Assembly: GCA_963732575.1 (NCBI GenBank)
Contig: CAVTAA010000003.1
Location: forward strand, 66,537-130,536
Length of the DNA stretch: 64,000 nt
Direction: 5' to 3'
DNA from: an uncultured Bacteroidales bacterium
GTDB lineage: Bacteria; Bacteroidota; Bacteroidia; Bacteroidales; VadinHA17
The notes beneath the pieces were generated by a model. That model searched no databases. It was not told the DNA's origin and worked only from the letters and a program-made list of their open reading frames with translations. Shown here piece after piece: positions 1 through 10,354 of the stretch (position 1 is the stretch's first letter; each line of letters begins with the position of its first letter). A program made the position numbers and the translations under genes.

Positions 1-2086
1 AGCTGAATTCGGTTCCGAGGAAGAGCAGGTTCGGGTTGATATGATCCTGTTCGATTGTATGGACCGGGCCTGTCTCCGGAAGGTTGGCGCTGACAGAGAC
101 CCAGTTCCTGCCCTGGTCCGTGCTCTTCAGAACGTATGGTTTGAAATCGTCACGCTTATGATTGTTGAAGGTTGCGTATACCACGTCAGCATTAAACTTG
201 TCAGGCAGTATATCGCTCACATAAGTGTATTCAGGTACGCCGGGGAAGGTTTTTATCATTCTCCAGTTTGCACCCCCGTCATCCGACACAGATATCACTC
301 CGTCGTCACTGCCTGTATACAGGAGGTCTTTCCTGACCCTTGATTCTGCCAGCGAGACGATGGTGCCCCACAGCGATGTCGATCTGTCTTTTGCCACTGC
401 ATCCACGGGCCAGTATTTGTCCATCACCCTGAAATCATTCCTGTTCTCGTTCCTGGTCAGGTCAGGCGATATCTTCGTCCAGTGGCTCCCCTGATCGTCG
501 CTGCGGAACAGGAAATTGGCAGCCATGTAAATACGTTTGTTGTCAGACGGAGAGAGAAGAATGGGTGTGTCCCAGTTCCATCGGTATGTCAGCTCCCCTT
601 CGCCGGGGTACGGTTTGATGCTAATGCTCTGGCCGCTCCTGCGGTCAAACCGTGCGGCATTGCCATACTGGGATTTAGTATACACAATATTAGGATCTTT
701 CGGGTCAATCGCTAACCAGAAGCCATCACCGCCCTGCGTTACGAACCAGTCGTCATTGACAACACCGTTGCTGTTGCTGGCTGACGGGCCGCCCATGGAG
801 TTATTGTCCTGTGTTCCGCCGTAGATATAATAGAACGGGTATGAGTTGTCAACTGCCACCCTGTAAAACTGTGTTACGGGAAGGTTTGATTTGAAGATGA
901 AGTTCTTGCCTTCGTCATATGTTTCATATATGCCGCCGTCGCCTCCGATATAGAAGTGTTTTGTGTTCTCAGGATCGATCCACATCGAGTGGTCATCAAC
1001 GTGCCGCCCCTCATTGCCTATCGCTCTCCATGTCTTGCCGCCGTCATTGGTCACCTGCGAAACGGTCTCCATGCTGTATACGGTATTCACATCTTTCGGA
1101 TCGCAGTATATTTTATTGTAGTACTGGCCGCTCTCATGATGCGGGCTCATCTTCTCCCATGAGGCCCCTCTGTTTGTTGTTCTGAAGAAGCCACCGCTTT
1201 CGCCCTGGGCCTCCATAATCAGGTATAGATAATCACTGTTTACAGGTGATATGGCAATGCCCGTACCGCCGATGTCTCCTCCCGGGAGGCCGTTCATGAT
1301 CTTGTCGAAAGTCACGCCGCCGTTTGTTGATTTGTACACTGCAGACTCAGGTCCGCCGCTGATCTTTTGTCCCACATGCCTGCGGCGCTGTTCTGAGGTG
1401 GCATAGATCACATCGGGGTTACGCGGGTCAAGCACAACATTGTTGATGCCAGTGTTTTCACTGATGTTCAGTATTTTTTCCCATGACACGCCGCCGTTGA
1501 TGGTTTTGTAGAGGCCGCGATCGCCTCCCGGGCCCCAGACGGATCCTTCGGCAGCGACATACACAACATCGCTGTTGCGTGGATCAACGGCTATCTGGCC
1601 TATCTGTCTTGATTCCTTCAGTCCCATATTCTTCCAGCTGGCGCCGGCGTCGTCTGAACGGTAAACGCCGTCACCCCAGCCGAGGGCGCGCTGGTGATTA
1701 TTCTCACCGGTGCCTGCCCAGATGACATTGGGGTTGTTCGGATCAATGGTAAGGCATCCGATTGCGTACGCACCGTACTTGTCGAATACCGGCTGCCATG
1801 TGGTGCCGTTGTTTGTGCTTTTCCATATATTGCCTGACGCTACGCCAGCATAGATCTCCGAATGGTTGCATGGATTAACAGCCAGGTCAGCAATTCGTCC
1901 CGAGGCCCAGGCCGGGCCAACTGACCTGAATGAAATACCGCTATAAAGGGACGGTGCTACAGACGGCTTGGCCTGCTTCCCGGATTCTTTGGAATCTTTC
2001 TTTGGTTCTTTCTTCTTATCCTGTGCCCACAAGCTGACTGAACCTGCCAGTAACAGAGCAAGTGCAACGGTAAAAATTCTTTTCAT
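1..2086 (-). CDS. Secreted BNR/Asp-box (VPS10/sortilin-like) glycosyl hydrolase, runs off window start
   Basis: Absent from ORF track; manual translation from ATG at 2086: MKRIFTVALALLLAGSVSLWAQ signal peptide, SFRSVGPAWASGRIADLAVNP, repeated S/T-x-D/N-x-G-x-T/S-W Asp-boxes (KSTNNGTTW, RSDDAGASW, SDDGGANW). Confidence 0.85.
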   Translation of the reverse strand, partial: MKRIFTVALALLLAGSVSLWAQDKKKEPKKDSKESGKQAKPSVAPSLYSGISFRSVGPAWASGRIADLAVNPCNHSEIYAGVASGNIWKSTNNGTTWQPVFDKYGAYAIGCLTIDPNNPNVIWAGTGENNHQRALGWGDGVYRSDDAGASWKNMGLKESRQIGQIAVDPRNSDVVYVAAEGSVWGPGGDRGLYKTINGGVSWEKILNISENTGINNVVLDPRNPDVIYATSEQRRRHVGQKISGGPESAVYKSTNGGVTFDKIMNGLPGGDIGGTGIAISPVNSDYLYLIMEAQGESGGFFRTTNRGASWEKMSPHHESGQYYNKIYCDPKDVNTVYSMETVSQVTNDGGKTWRAIGNEGRHVDDHSMWIDPENTKHFYIGGDGGIYETYDEGKNFIFKSNLPVTQFYRVAVDNSYPFYYIYGGTQDNNSMGGPSASNSNGVVNDDWFVTQGGDGFWLAIDPKDPNIVYTKSQYGNAARFDRRSGQSISIKPYPGEGELTYRWNWDTPILLSPSDNKRIYMAANFLFRSDDQGSHWTKISPDLTRNENRNDFRVMDKYWPVDAVAKDRSTSLWGTIVSLAESRVRKDLLYTGSDDGVISVSDDGGANWRMIKTFPGVPEYTYVSDILPDKFNADVVYATFNNHKRDDFKPYVLKSTDQGRNWVSVSANLPETGPVHTIEQDHINPNLLFLGTEFS

Positions 2087-2181
2087 GATATGGTGCTTAG
2101 GTTTAACAAACGGAAAGCTAAGTTAAGAAAAGGATGTTTGTCAGCTGATTTTTTAACGTTATTTAATTATTTTGCTGCACA

Positions 2182-2937
2182 TTGAAACAGACAGGCATGA
2201 ACAGCACATATTTTACCCGCAGAACCATAAGGAAGTACTCAGACAGGGATATTGAGGCCGGGCTTCTTGAAAAAATACTTACAGCCGGCACCAGGACGTC
2301 AACAACCGGCAACATGCAGGTTTACAGCGTTATCGTGACCCGCGATAACATGATGAAGGAGCGTCTTGCTCCGGCCCATTTCAATCAGCCGATGGTGACT
2401 GCCGCCCCGGTGGTGCTCACCTTCTGTGCTGACTTCAACAGGTTCAACAGGTGGTGCCGGCAGCGGGAGGCTGAGCCGGGATATGACAATTTCCTCTCGT
2501 TCATGACCGCTGCCATTGATGCCTTGTTGGTTGCACAGACAGTATGCATCGCAGCCGAGGAGGAAGGGTTGGGTATATGTTACCTGGGTACGGCAACATA
2601 CAATGCTGATAAGATCATTGAGGTGCTGGAGATGCCGACAGGTGTTGTGCCTGTCGCAACAGTGACTGTGGGATGGCCGGCAGAGATACCGGATCAGGTT
2701 GACCGGCTGCCGCTGGAGGCTGTGGTGCACATGGAAAGGTACAGGGATTATACGCCAGATATGATAGATGATTTCTACAGTGCGAAGGAAGCCCGGCAGG
2801 ACAACCTGGGGTTTGTAGCAGAGAACAGTAAAAAGACGCTCGCCCAGGTATTCACTGACGTTCGTTATAAGAAAGCTGACAACGAGTTCTTTTCAGGCAA
2901 GTACCTGGAGGTGCTCAGGAGGCAGGGGTTCCTTTAG
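2182..2937 (+). CDS. NADPH-dependent nitroreductase (NfsA/Frp-like)
   Basis: RRTIRKY, TSTTGNMQVYSVI, GLGICYLG motifs; start may be ATG at 2197. Confidence 0.85.
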   Translation: MKQTGMNSTYFTRRTIRKYSDRDIEAGLLEKILTAGTRTSTTGNMQVYSVIVTRDNMMKERLAPAHFNQPMVTAAPVVLTFCADFNRFNRWCRQREAEPGYDNFLSFMTAAIDALLVAQTVCIAAEEEGLGICYLGTATYNADKIIEVLEMPTGVVPVATVTVGWPAEIPDQVDRLPLEAVVHMERYRDYTPDMIDDFYSAKEARQDNLGFVAENSKKTLAQVFTDVRYKKADNEFFSGKYLEVLRRQGFL

Positions 2938-2939
2938 AC

Positions 2940-3698
2940 TTATTTCCTTACGCTGTGGTTGACGCCTGCCTGTGCCGTGGGCGTAATGACGAGGTCATTG
3001 ATGCAGACATGAGCCGGCAGCGAAGCGCAGTAAAAAATAGCCTCAGCCACATCTTCCCCTTTAAGAGCCTGGATACCCTTATAAACCGCATCAGCTTTTT
3101 CCCTGTCTCCCCTGAATCTTACCAGGGAGAACTCAGTCTCCACCATCCCGGGTGCAATGTTGGTCACCTTGATGCCGTGCTTCAGCAGGTCAATCCTCAT
3201 GCCTTTTGAGAGCGCCTCCACGGCATGCTTTGATGCACAGTATACCCCGCCGTTTTCATAAACGTCCTTGCCCGCTATTGAAGAAATATTTATTATATGG
3301 CCCGCGTTCCTGGCAACCATCCCGGGCGCTATTGTGCGGGTCACATAGAGCAGCCCCTTGACATTGGTATCAATCATCCGGTCCCAGTCATCCCTGTCTC
3401 CCTCGTCGATATGGGCGAGTCCTGCAGCCAGTCCGGCATTATTGACAAGTATGTCAACCTTTTGCCATTCCTCGGGAAGGTGTCCGAGATATTTTTCCAC
3501 CTGCCTGATGTCACGAACATCAAAACAGAGTGGCAGCACTTCAACACCGTATTCCTGTACAAGATGTTCAGTGAGTTCATTGATCCGGTCCTTCCTGCGG
3601 CCAGTTATTATCAGCCTGAACGTTGCCTCGGCAAACTTGATGGCAGTTGCTTCTCCTATACCTGACGTTGCACCTGTGATCAGAACAGTCTTTCTCAT
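2940..3698 (-). CDS. SDR family oxidoreductase (YdfG-like)
   Basis: TGATSGIG, NNAG, YCASK motifs. Confidence 0.9.
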   Translation of the reverse strand: MRKTVLITGATSGIGEATAIKFAEATFRLIITGRRKDRINELTEHLVQEYGVEVLPLCFDVRDIRQVEKYLGHLPEEWQKVDILVNNAGLAAGLAHIDEGDRDDWDRMIDTNVKGLLYVTRTIAPGMVARNAGHIINISSIAGKDVYENGGVYCASKHAVEALSKGMRIDLLKHGIKVTNIAPGMVETEFSLVRFRGDREKADAVYKGIQALKGEDVAEAIFYCASLPAHVCINDLVITPTAQAGVNHSVRK

Positions 3699-3742
3699 AT
3701 CATGTGATTTTACTGAGAGGTAAATTTAATGAATAATGTGGG

Positions 3743-3750
3743 TATCTTTG
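3743..3750 (+). promoter_or_regulatory. Bacteroidota sigma-A -7 element for ubiE-porT operon
   Basis: TATCTTTG matches TAnnTTTG; implies ubiE starts at ATG 3766 rather than 3736. Confidence 0.6.
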
Positions 3751-3765
3751 GCGGTCAACAGGAAA

Positions 3766-4491
3766 ATGATGCATGAAATAAACCGGCCTGGAGGGGCGCC
3801 AAAGGAAAGTGTCGAAAGGATGTTCAATTCGATATCCGGAAGCTATGACAGGCTCAACCTTATCCTTTCATTCGGCACAGACAGGCGATGGAGGAGGCGT
3901 GCCATTGATCTAATTGGCAGTCATATCCGGCCGGTGAAGATCCTTGACGTGGCCACCGGAACCGGCGATCTTGCCGTGGCAGCACTGAGGCTCGGCCCGG
4001 AGAAGATTACGGGCATTGACATCAGCGAAAAGATGCTGGCACTGGGACGTGAAAAGATTGCACAGCTCGGCCACACCGGAAAGATAGAAATGCTAAAGGG
4101 TGACTCTGAACATATAATGTTTCCTGACATGACCTTTGACGCAGTTATATCGGCTTTCGGGGTTCGTAATTTCGAGGATACATCGGCCGGATTGAAAGAG
4201 ATGCACAGGGTGCTTCGGCCAGGCGGCATGATTATGGTACTTGAATTTTCAAGGCCTGCAAGGTTCCCCATGAAACAGTTTTACGGTTTCTATTTCACAC
4301 GGATCCTTCCATGGATAGGAAGGAGAGTCTCCGGTGACCCAGGCGCCTATAACTACCTTCCTGAATCGGTTATGTCTTTTCCCGATAATGAAGATTTCCT
4401 TGAACTGTTGCGCAGAGCAGAGTTCATCAATACGGCACAGAAGAAGATGACAGGCGGGATCGCCAGCATCTATTACGGATTCAGACAATGA
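3766..4491 (+). CDS. ubiE: Demethylmenaquinone methyltransferase UbiE/MenG
   Basis: MFNSISGSYDRLN, LDVATGTGD, FGVRNF, LEFS; ubiE-porT order typical of Bacteroidota. Confidence 0.93.
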   Translation: MMHEINRPGGAPKESVERMFNSISGSYDRLNLILSFGTDRRWRRRAIDLIGSHIRPVKILDVATGTGDLAVAALRLGPEKITGIDISEKMLALGREKIAQLGHTGKIEMLKGDSEHIMFPDMTFDAVISAFGVRNFEDTSAGLKEMHRVLRPGGMIMVLEFSRPARFPMKQFYGFYFTRILPWIGRRVSGDPGAYNYLPESVMSFPDNEDFLELLRRAEFINTAQKKMTGGIASIYYGFRQ

Positions 4492-4550
4492 GTATTTCTG
4501 AATACAATAATTTCAATTTATTTCGTTATACTTATTAGACCTTTATCCGA

Positions 4551-5252
4551 GTGCATAAGAAAATCCTCATATTGCTTATCCTGCTGATCCCTGTGGCGGC
4601 CACAGCGCAGAAAGCAAAACCCAAGAATGATTCGAACTACGATGAGAGGTTGCTGCACTTCGGCTTCAGCATGGGACTGAACACCATGGATTTTAACGTA
4701 AAGATGGATCCCAGTGACCCTAACAACTATACAGCCGAGGTGGTTTCGTTGAAACCGGGTATAAATATTCAGATAGTAATGGACTACCGTCCTGCCACCT
4801 ATTTTGATGTCAGGTTCCTCCCGGGTGTCTCTTTCGGTCAGCGCAACCTGAACTTCTATGGCGAGGATGGGGTTCTTGTCAATGAACAACAGATTGAGTC
4901 TTCCTTCCTCGAGTTCCCGCTTCTTGTAAAAGCCAAGGGTATGAGACTTAATAATTCAAGACCCTACCTGATCGGAGGAATAAACTTCAGGTATGATCTT
5001 GCCGCTAAAAAAGAGTACGATGAAGACAGTGAGGTCTATATGAGGCTCCGGAAAGCTGATCTATATTATGAGGTAGGGGCAGGCATTGATTTTTATCTTC
5101 CTTATTTCAAGCTCACCATTGAAGCCAAGATGTCAAACGGATTGCGTGACGTACTGGTTCATGATGACCCGCATCCGTATAACCCGCAATATGTCAACTC
5201 AATTGAATCACTGAAGTCACAGATGTGGGTTCTGTCCTTCCACTTCGAATAG
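4551..5252 (+). CDS. porT: Type IX secretion/gliding outer membrane protein PorT/SprT
   Basis: NYDERLLHFGFSMGLN, GIDFYLPYFKL, C-terminal FHFE; follows ubiE. Confidence 0.85.
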   Translation: MHKKILILLILLIPVAATAQKAKPKNDSNYDERLLHFGFSMGLNTMDFNVKMDPSDPNNYTAEVVSLKPGINIQIVMDYRPATYFDVRFLPGVSFGQRNLNFYGEDGVLVNEQQIESSFLEFPLLVKAKGMRLNNSRPYLIGGINFRYDLAAKKEYDEDSEVYMRLRKADLYYEVGAGIDFYLPYFKLTIEAKMSNGLRDVLVHDDPHPYNPQYVNSIESLKSQMWVLSFHFE

Positions 5253-5255
5253 ACA

Positions 5256-6797
5256 ATGTCTGCAGAACTCAGTCTGGTACTGCCACCCGAGACAGCTTTT
5301 GATGAGGCCGCGCTGAAAAATTATCTGACCAGGAAGACCGGAAGGAGCGACTTTGGCATGCGCATTATCAGGCGCTCTGTCGATGCCCGCAGACCGCCGG
5401 TAAAGGTTAATGTGACAGTCCAGCTGCTTGATCCCGGTGAAACCGCGGAGGTGATCCCTCCCTTTAAACCTGAAGATGTTACAAGGGCGCGTGAGGTGCT
5501 TATCGCAGGGTGTGGCCCGGCCGGTCTCTTCGCGGCTATGCGGTTGATTGAAGCAGGACTGAGGCCTGTGATTATTGAACGGGGGAAGGAGGTGAGCGGG
5601 CGGAAACGCGATGTGGCGGCAATCAGCACAAAACATATCGTCGAACCTGATTCAAATTACTGTTTCGGTGAAGGAGGCGCAGGCACCTTCTCCGACGGCA
5701 AACTCTATACGAGATCAAAAAAGAAGGGTGACAACAGGAGGGTCCTCGAGCTGCTTGTCCTCAACGGTGCTGACCCGGCAATACTCTACGAAGCCCATCC
5801 GCATCTAGGCACTGACAGGCTCCCCGGAATAATCACGACAGTACGCAAAAGCATTGTTGATGCCGGCGGAATGGTTTTGTTCGGCAGCCGCATCACAGGC
5901 ATAACAATTGAAGGAGGCAAATTCCGCGGGGTGACAGTCAACGGTAACGAGGCAATAAGGGCCGATGATCTTATCCTCGCTACCGGCCATTCTGCACGGG
6001 ATATCTATCATTTGCTCGCAGAAAACAGCGTGAACCTTGAGTACAAACCTTTTGCCGCCGGGGTCAGGGTGGAGCATCCGCAGGAGCTCATTGACAGGAT
6101 ACAGTATCACGGTCAGGCAAGAGGAAAATACCTTCCGGCGGCTGCTTATTACCTTGTCACCCAGGTAGCAGGACGAGGCGTTTATTCATTCTGCATGTGT
6201 CCCGGCGGTTTCATGGTTCCTTCGGCCACAGCTCCCGGCGAGGTTGTGGTGAACGGCATGTCACCTTCACATCGCAACTCTGTGTGGGCCAACAGCGGCA
6301 TCGTTACTGAGATCAGGGAAGAAGATGTCAGGAAACAGGGCCAGGGGCCGCTGGCAGGTCTGGCGTACCAGTCTGTTCTTGAAAAGAATGCATGGAAAGA
6401 GGGCGGGATGTCACAGTCCGCCCCGGCACAGAGACTGGCTGACTTTGTTCAGGGAAGACCCTCATCATCACTGCCCAAAGGATCATACTTTCCGGGACTG
6501 ACACCGTCATCACTGCACGACTGGCTTCCGGAAGAAATATCCATGCGGCTGCGCGAAGGACTGAAGGAATTCGGGAGGAAAATGCGGGGCTTTCTTACAA
6601 ACGAGGCTCTGGTGGCGGCCGTTGAGTCACGGACCTCGTCACCTGTCAGGATAACACGCGATCCGGAAAAACTGAATGCCGTAAATATTGACGGTCTTTA
6701 TCCTGCCGGCGAGGGTTCGGGATATGCCGGAGGAATAGTTTCATCGGCCGTTGACGGGATGCTCGTGGCCGAGAAGATGGCGGAGAAATATAAATGA
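5256..6797 (+). CDS. NAD(P)/FAD-dependent oxidoreductase
   Basis: GCGPAG, FGEGGAGTFSDGKL, FCMCPGG, GEGSGYAGGI. Confidence 0.85.
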   Translation: MSAELSLVLPPETAFDEAALKNYLTRKTGRSDFGMRIIRRSVDARRPPVKVNVTVQLLDPGETAEVIPPFKPEDVTRAREVLIAGCGPAGLFAAMRLIEAGLRPVIIERGKEVSGRKRDVAAISTKHIVEPDSNYCFGEGGAGTFSDGKLYTRSKKKGDNRRVLELLVLNGADPAILYEAHPHLGTDRLPGIITTVRKSIVDAGGMVLFGSRITGITIEGGKFRGVTVNGNEAIRADDLILATGHSARDIYHLLAENSVNLEYKPFAAGVRVEHPQELIDRIQYHGQARGKYLPAAAYYLVTQVAGRGVYSFCMCPGGFMVPSATAPGEVVVNGMSPSHRNSVWANSGIVTEIREEDVRKQGQGPLAGLAYQSVLEKNAWKEGGMSQSAPAQRLADFVQGRPSSSLPKGSYFPGLTPSSLHDWLPEEISMRLREGLKEFGRKMRGFLTNEALVAAVESRTSSPVRITRDPEKLNAVNIDGLYPAGEGSGYAGGIVSSAVDGMLVAEKMAEKYK

Positions 6798-6810
6798 GCA
6801 AGACAAAAAA

Positions 6811-6970
6811 AATTAAGAATTAAGAATTAAGAATTAAGAATTAATTGAGAATCAGACTTTTCAACCCTTCAACCCTTCAACTTTTCAACCTTCCTACTGA
6901 CCTTCAGACCTTAGACCTTCAGACTTTCGACATTACGGACTTTCGACTTTCAGACCCCAGACCCTCAGAC
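6811..6970. repeat. Intergenic block of short tandem 7-8-mers: (AATTAAG)n, (TCAACCCT)n, (GACTTTC/GACCTTCA)n
   Basis: Read directly between convergent oxidoreductase and TrmH genes. Confidence 0.85.
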
Positions 6971-7747
6971 CTTTTTTCTCCGGGCGAACTCGGAGCAGAT
7001 TATCGCAGCAGCCATGCTTACATTCAGTGATTCTATCCCTGCAAGCGGCTTTTCAGGACCGGGAATGGTGATGCGCTCAGTTACATAATCAAGCAGCCTG
7101 CCGGAGATACCTTTTGATTCATTCCCCAAAAGGATTAAACCTTCACTGTCCAGAGTACTTTCGTATATCGACCTGCCGTCCATTGTAGCACCGTAAACAT
7201 TAAACCCGTGAGCATGCGCCTTACCCAGTATGGGCGCGAGTGGCTGGTAAAAAACAACCGTATGGATGAATGCACCCATCGATGCCTGTATCACCTTGGG
7301 ATTATAGAAGTCGACGCAGTCGGGTGAGCAAATTATGTTCCTTATCCCGAACCAGGCAGCAATACGGACAATTGTTCCAAGATTACCCGGATCCTGAACA
7401 TATTCCAGCACAAGGGTGAGCGTTCCGTTGAGTATCTCATCCGAAAAGGTCAGTTTTTTCATTGAGGCTACAGCAAGGACATTGTGAGGTGTCTTAAGAG
7501 AGCTGATGCTTCTCAGGTCATCATAGCTGACTGTGACCACCTCATCTGCGCCGGAGATCACCTTTTCCGGCTCACCATTGATCCATTCAGGCTTGGCGGC
7601 AAGAAGTGAAACCCTGTTGCCTGCCATGATATACTCCCTGACCATCTTGTCACCCTCGATGACAAAGAGTGAACTCTCCTCCCTGACCTTCCTTTTCTGA
7701 AGGGAGAGTATCATTTTTGCCTGGTGCCTTGTGATCAGTTTGTGCAT
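6965..7747 (-). CDS. TrmH/SpoU family RNA methyltransferase
   Basis: QDPGNLGTIVR, GNESKGI, ESLNVS SPOUT motifs. Confidence 0.9.
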   Translation of the reverse strand: MHKLITRHQAKMILSLQKRKVREESSLFVIEGDKMVREYIMAGNRVSLLAAKPEWINGEPEKVISGADEVVTVSYDDLRSISSLKTPHNVLAVASMKKLTFSDEILNGTLTLVLEYVQDPGNLGTIVRIAAWFGIRNIICSPDCVDFYNPKVIQASMGAFIHTVVFYQPLAPILGKAHAHGFNVYGATMDGRSIYESTLDSEGLILLGNESKGISGRLLDYVTERITIPGPEKPLAGIESLNVSMAAAIICSEFARRKKV

Positions 7748-7811
7748 CCTTCAGGAATTGAAAATATGAGTATATAATGATATATTTGCTGATATTATTC
7801 TTTCCGGAAAA

Positions 7812-10169
7812 TTGACCCATCAGAGAACAAATATAAAAATTACTGTTCCGAAACTGTGTATTCTGCTGATCATAATTTTAACAGCAGCCTCCTGCAATGC
7901 CACAAAATATGTCCCTTCCGGAGATGTTCTGCTGAACAGGAACAGCCTGATCATCGAAGGGAAAGGTGAGCCGCTGCCGCCTACGGTGTCTAAAGGTGCA
8001 ATGAAACCCTATATCAAGCAGCAGCCGAACAAAAAGATCTTTGGCGCCAGGTTCCATCTGGCTCTGTATAATCTTTCAGATATTGAAAAGGAAAAGTGGC
8101 CTCACGGATGGCTCAGGAAAATAGGTGAGGAACCGGTGATCTTTGACCCTGTCTCTGCAACCAGGTCAGCAGAACAGATCAAAAGCTACCTCTGGTCAAA
8201 GGGATTCTTCAACGCATCAGTCAATGACACGGTCACTACCGAAAAAGACGAGGCCATTGTCTCCTTCAGGGTGGCCCCGGGAAGACCCTATACAATCGCC
8301 GATATAAGGTATGAGATACAGGACTTAACGCTCTACGGCCTGGTGACCATTGACACGCTAAACTGTACTATAGGGCGGGGAATGATCTATGATGTTGACA
8401 TGCTGCAGAACGAACGTCAGCGGCTGGAAAGGTTTATCAGGGATGTAGGTTATTATGCATTTTCCACGGAAGACATCTATTTCAGGGTTGACAGCTCGCT
8501 GATGAGCCACCAGGTAAATGTTTATTACGTTGTGTCACGCAAATCATCTATTGACAGCCAGGGCCGCCTTGTGTACACCAACCACAATATGTACCGAATC
8601 AGGGATGTTTACGTCTTTCCTGAATTCGATCCGAAACTGACCCTCACCGCCGGAGAGACATACACACAGACATTTGACACCTCTTATTATAAAGGTATAT
8701 ATTATGTTGCACCGCCGGGCAGGACCATGATCAAACCGGAGGTCATCAACCAGTCGTTATATATCACCCCGGGAGCTTTTTTCAGCCTGACAAAGTCCGA
8801 GCAGACTCAGGCACGTCTTTCCGACATGAGAAATCACAGGCTCGTCAACGTTACTTACATCGATGCGGGGAGAGGTGCTGACACACGGCGCACTGATGGA
8901 CTGCTCGACTGTATCGTACAGCTCACCCCCATGCAGCGGCAGTCGTTCACGGTGGAGCTTGAAGGCACCAGCACGGGAGGTAACCTGGGAGGGGCGCTCA
9001 ACTTCCTGTACCAGAACAAGAGCCTGTTCAGAGGGGCCGAGCTCTTCAACATGAAACTGAAAGGAGCTTATGAAAGAGTAAATATCGAAGAGTTTAAAAA
9101 TACCTATGAGGCAGGTATTGAGACGAGCCTCAGACTTCCCAAGTTACTCGTTCCGTTTCCGGTCAGGGAGAGCATCATCCGCAACCGTGATCCGAAAACC
9201 ATTTTGCAGGCAGGCTATAACCGCCAGAGTGTGCCTGTGTACACACGCACAATAGCCAATGTCACCGCAGGTTATGCATGGAAGGGAAACAACTGGACAA
9301 AGCACAGTTTCAACCCGTTGTCATTTGATGTTGTTAAGCTGCCGTTCGTCGATCCTGAATTTCAGGCGATGGTCGACACAACATCATATCTTGCCTATTC
9401 ATTTCGTCCTGTAATGGTTCTTGGAGGCATGTATGACTTCATTTACAATAACCAGATGATCCAGAATTCAAAGGACTACTGGGTAATCCGGGGCGGTTTT
9501 GATTTCGCCGGCAACCTTCTTAACCTGACGTACCAGCTTGCCGATGCTGAAAAAGCGGAGGATGGCACCTATCATTTCCTTGGTCAGCCGTTTGCACAGT
9601 TCCTGAAAGGGGAGATAGATGCCAGTTATCACTTTAAATTCAGTGAAGCGAGCAACATTGTATACAGGTTCTTTGCCGGTGTGGGATGGCCTTACGGCAA
9701 TACATCGAAGGCAATGCCATTTGAAGAGCAGTATTTCGGAGGAGGCGCCAATGATATTAGGGCATGGGTGGTCAGAACACTCGGTCCGGGCTCTTATGTC
9801 CTCACCGAAGATGCGTTTATTAACCAGACAGCTGACATAAAGCTGATAGGCAACATAGAGTACAGGTTCAAACTTTTCTGGATACTTGAAGGTGCGACTT
9901 TTATTGATATAGGTAATATCTGGACATTCAGGTATGACAAGGGCAGGCCGGGAGGCCAGTTCAAATTTGACTCATTCCTTAATGATGTAGCCGTGGGGAC
10001 AGGCGCTGGTTTACGGTTTGACATCAAATTCGTGCTGCTCAGGGCTGATTTCGGATTTAAGCTGCGTGATCCCCAGGCTGTTGCAGGCACAAGGTGGAGA
10101 CCCCTCACCGGAGATTACAATTTCGACGATGATGTCACAATGGTAATTGGAATCGGTTATCCGTTCTAA
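7812..10169 (+). CDS. BamA/TamA family outer membrane lipoprotein (TamL-like)
   Basis: Lipobox AASC, GEEPVIFD, FGGGANDIRAW, C-terminal IGYPF; TATATTTG -7 element at 7781. Confidence 0.85.
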   Translation: MTHQRTNIKITVPKLCILLIIILTAASCNATKYVPSGDVLLNRNSLIIEGKGEPLPPTVSKGAMKPYIKQQPNKKIFGARFHLALYNLSDIEKEKWPHGWLRKIGEEPVIFDPVSATRSAEQIKSYLWSKGFFNASVNDTVTTEKDEAIVSFRVAPGRPYTIADIRYEIQDLTLYGLVTIDTLNCTIGRGMIYDVDMLQNERQRLERFIRDVGYYAFSTEDIYFRVDSSLMSHQVNVYYVVSRKSSIDSQGRLVYTNHNMYRIRDVYVFPEFDPKLTLTAGETYTQTFDTSYYKGIYYVAPPGRTMIKPEVINQSLYITPGAFFSLTKSEQTQARLSDMRNHRLVNVTYIDAGRGADTRRTDGLLDCIVQLTPMQRQSFTVELEGTSTGGNLGGALNFLYQNKSLFRGAELFNMKLKGAYERVNIEEFKNTYEAGIETSLRLPKLLVPFPVRESIIRNRDPKTILQAGYNRQSVPVYTRTIANVTAGYAWKGNNWTKHSFNPLSFDVVKLPFVDPEFQAMVDTTSYLAYSFRPVMVLGGMYDFIYNNQMIQNSKDYWVIRGGFDFAGNLLNLTYQLADAEKAEDGTYHFLGQPFAQFLKGEIDASYHFKFSEASNIVYRFFAGVGWPYGNTSKAMPFEEQYFGGGANDIRAWVVRTLGPGSYVLTEDAFINQTADIKLIGNIEYRFKLFWILEGATFIDIGNIWTFRYDKGRPGGQFKFDSFLNDVAVGTGAGLRFDIKFVLLRADFGFKLRDPQAVAGTRWRPLTGDYNFDDDVTMVIGIGYPF

Positions 10170-10287
10170 AGTCGAAAGTCCATAAAGTCTGAAAGTCCAT
10201 AAAGTTGAAAGTCCATAAAGAATTGATGATCAATAAATTCATAATTCAAATCTTAATTCATAATTCTTAATTCTTAATTCTTAATTA
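10168..10287. repeat. Intergenic tandem 7-8-mers (GAAAGTC/CATAAAGT)n then (TTCTTAA)n
   Basis: Read directly; same units as 6811-6970 in reverse complement. Confidence 0.85.
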
Positions 10288-10354
10288 CCTCCTCCCTGCC
10301 TATTGACATGTATGCCTGATTTGTTTATCTTGCATTGTCTCGTGCTGTATTGAT

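Noticed and set aside
41-1185. Short + strand ORFs here and the many antisense ORFs over rpoBC and other genes
   Set aside because: Shadow frames of well-supported genes on the opposite strand.
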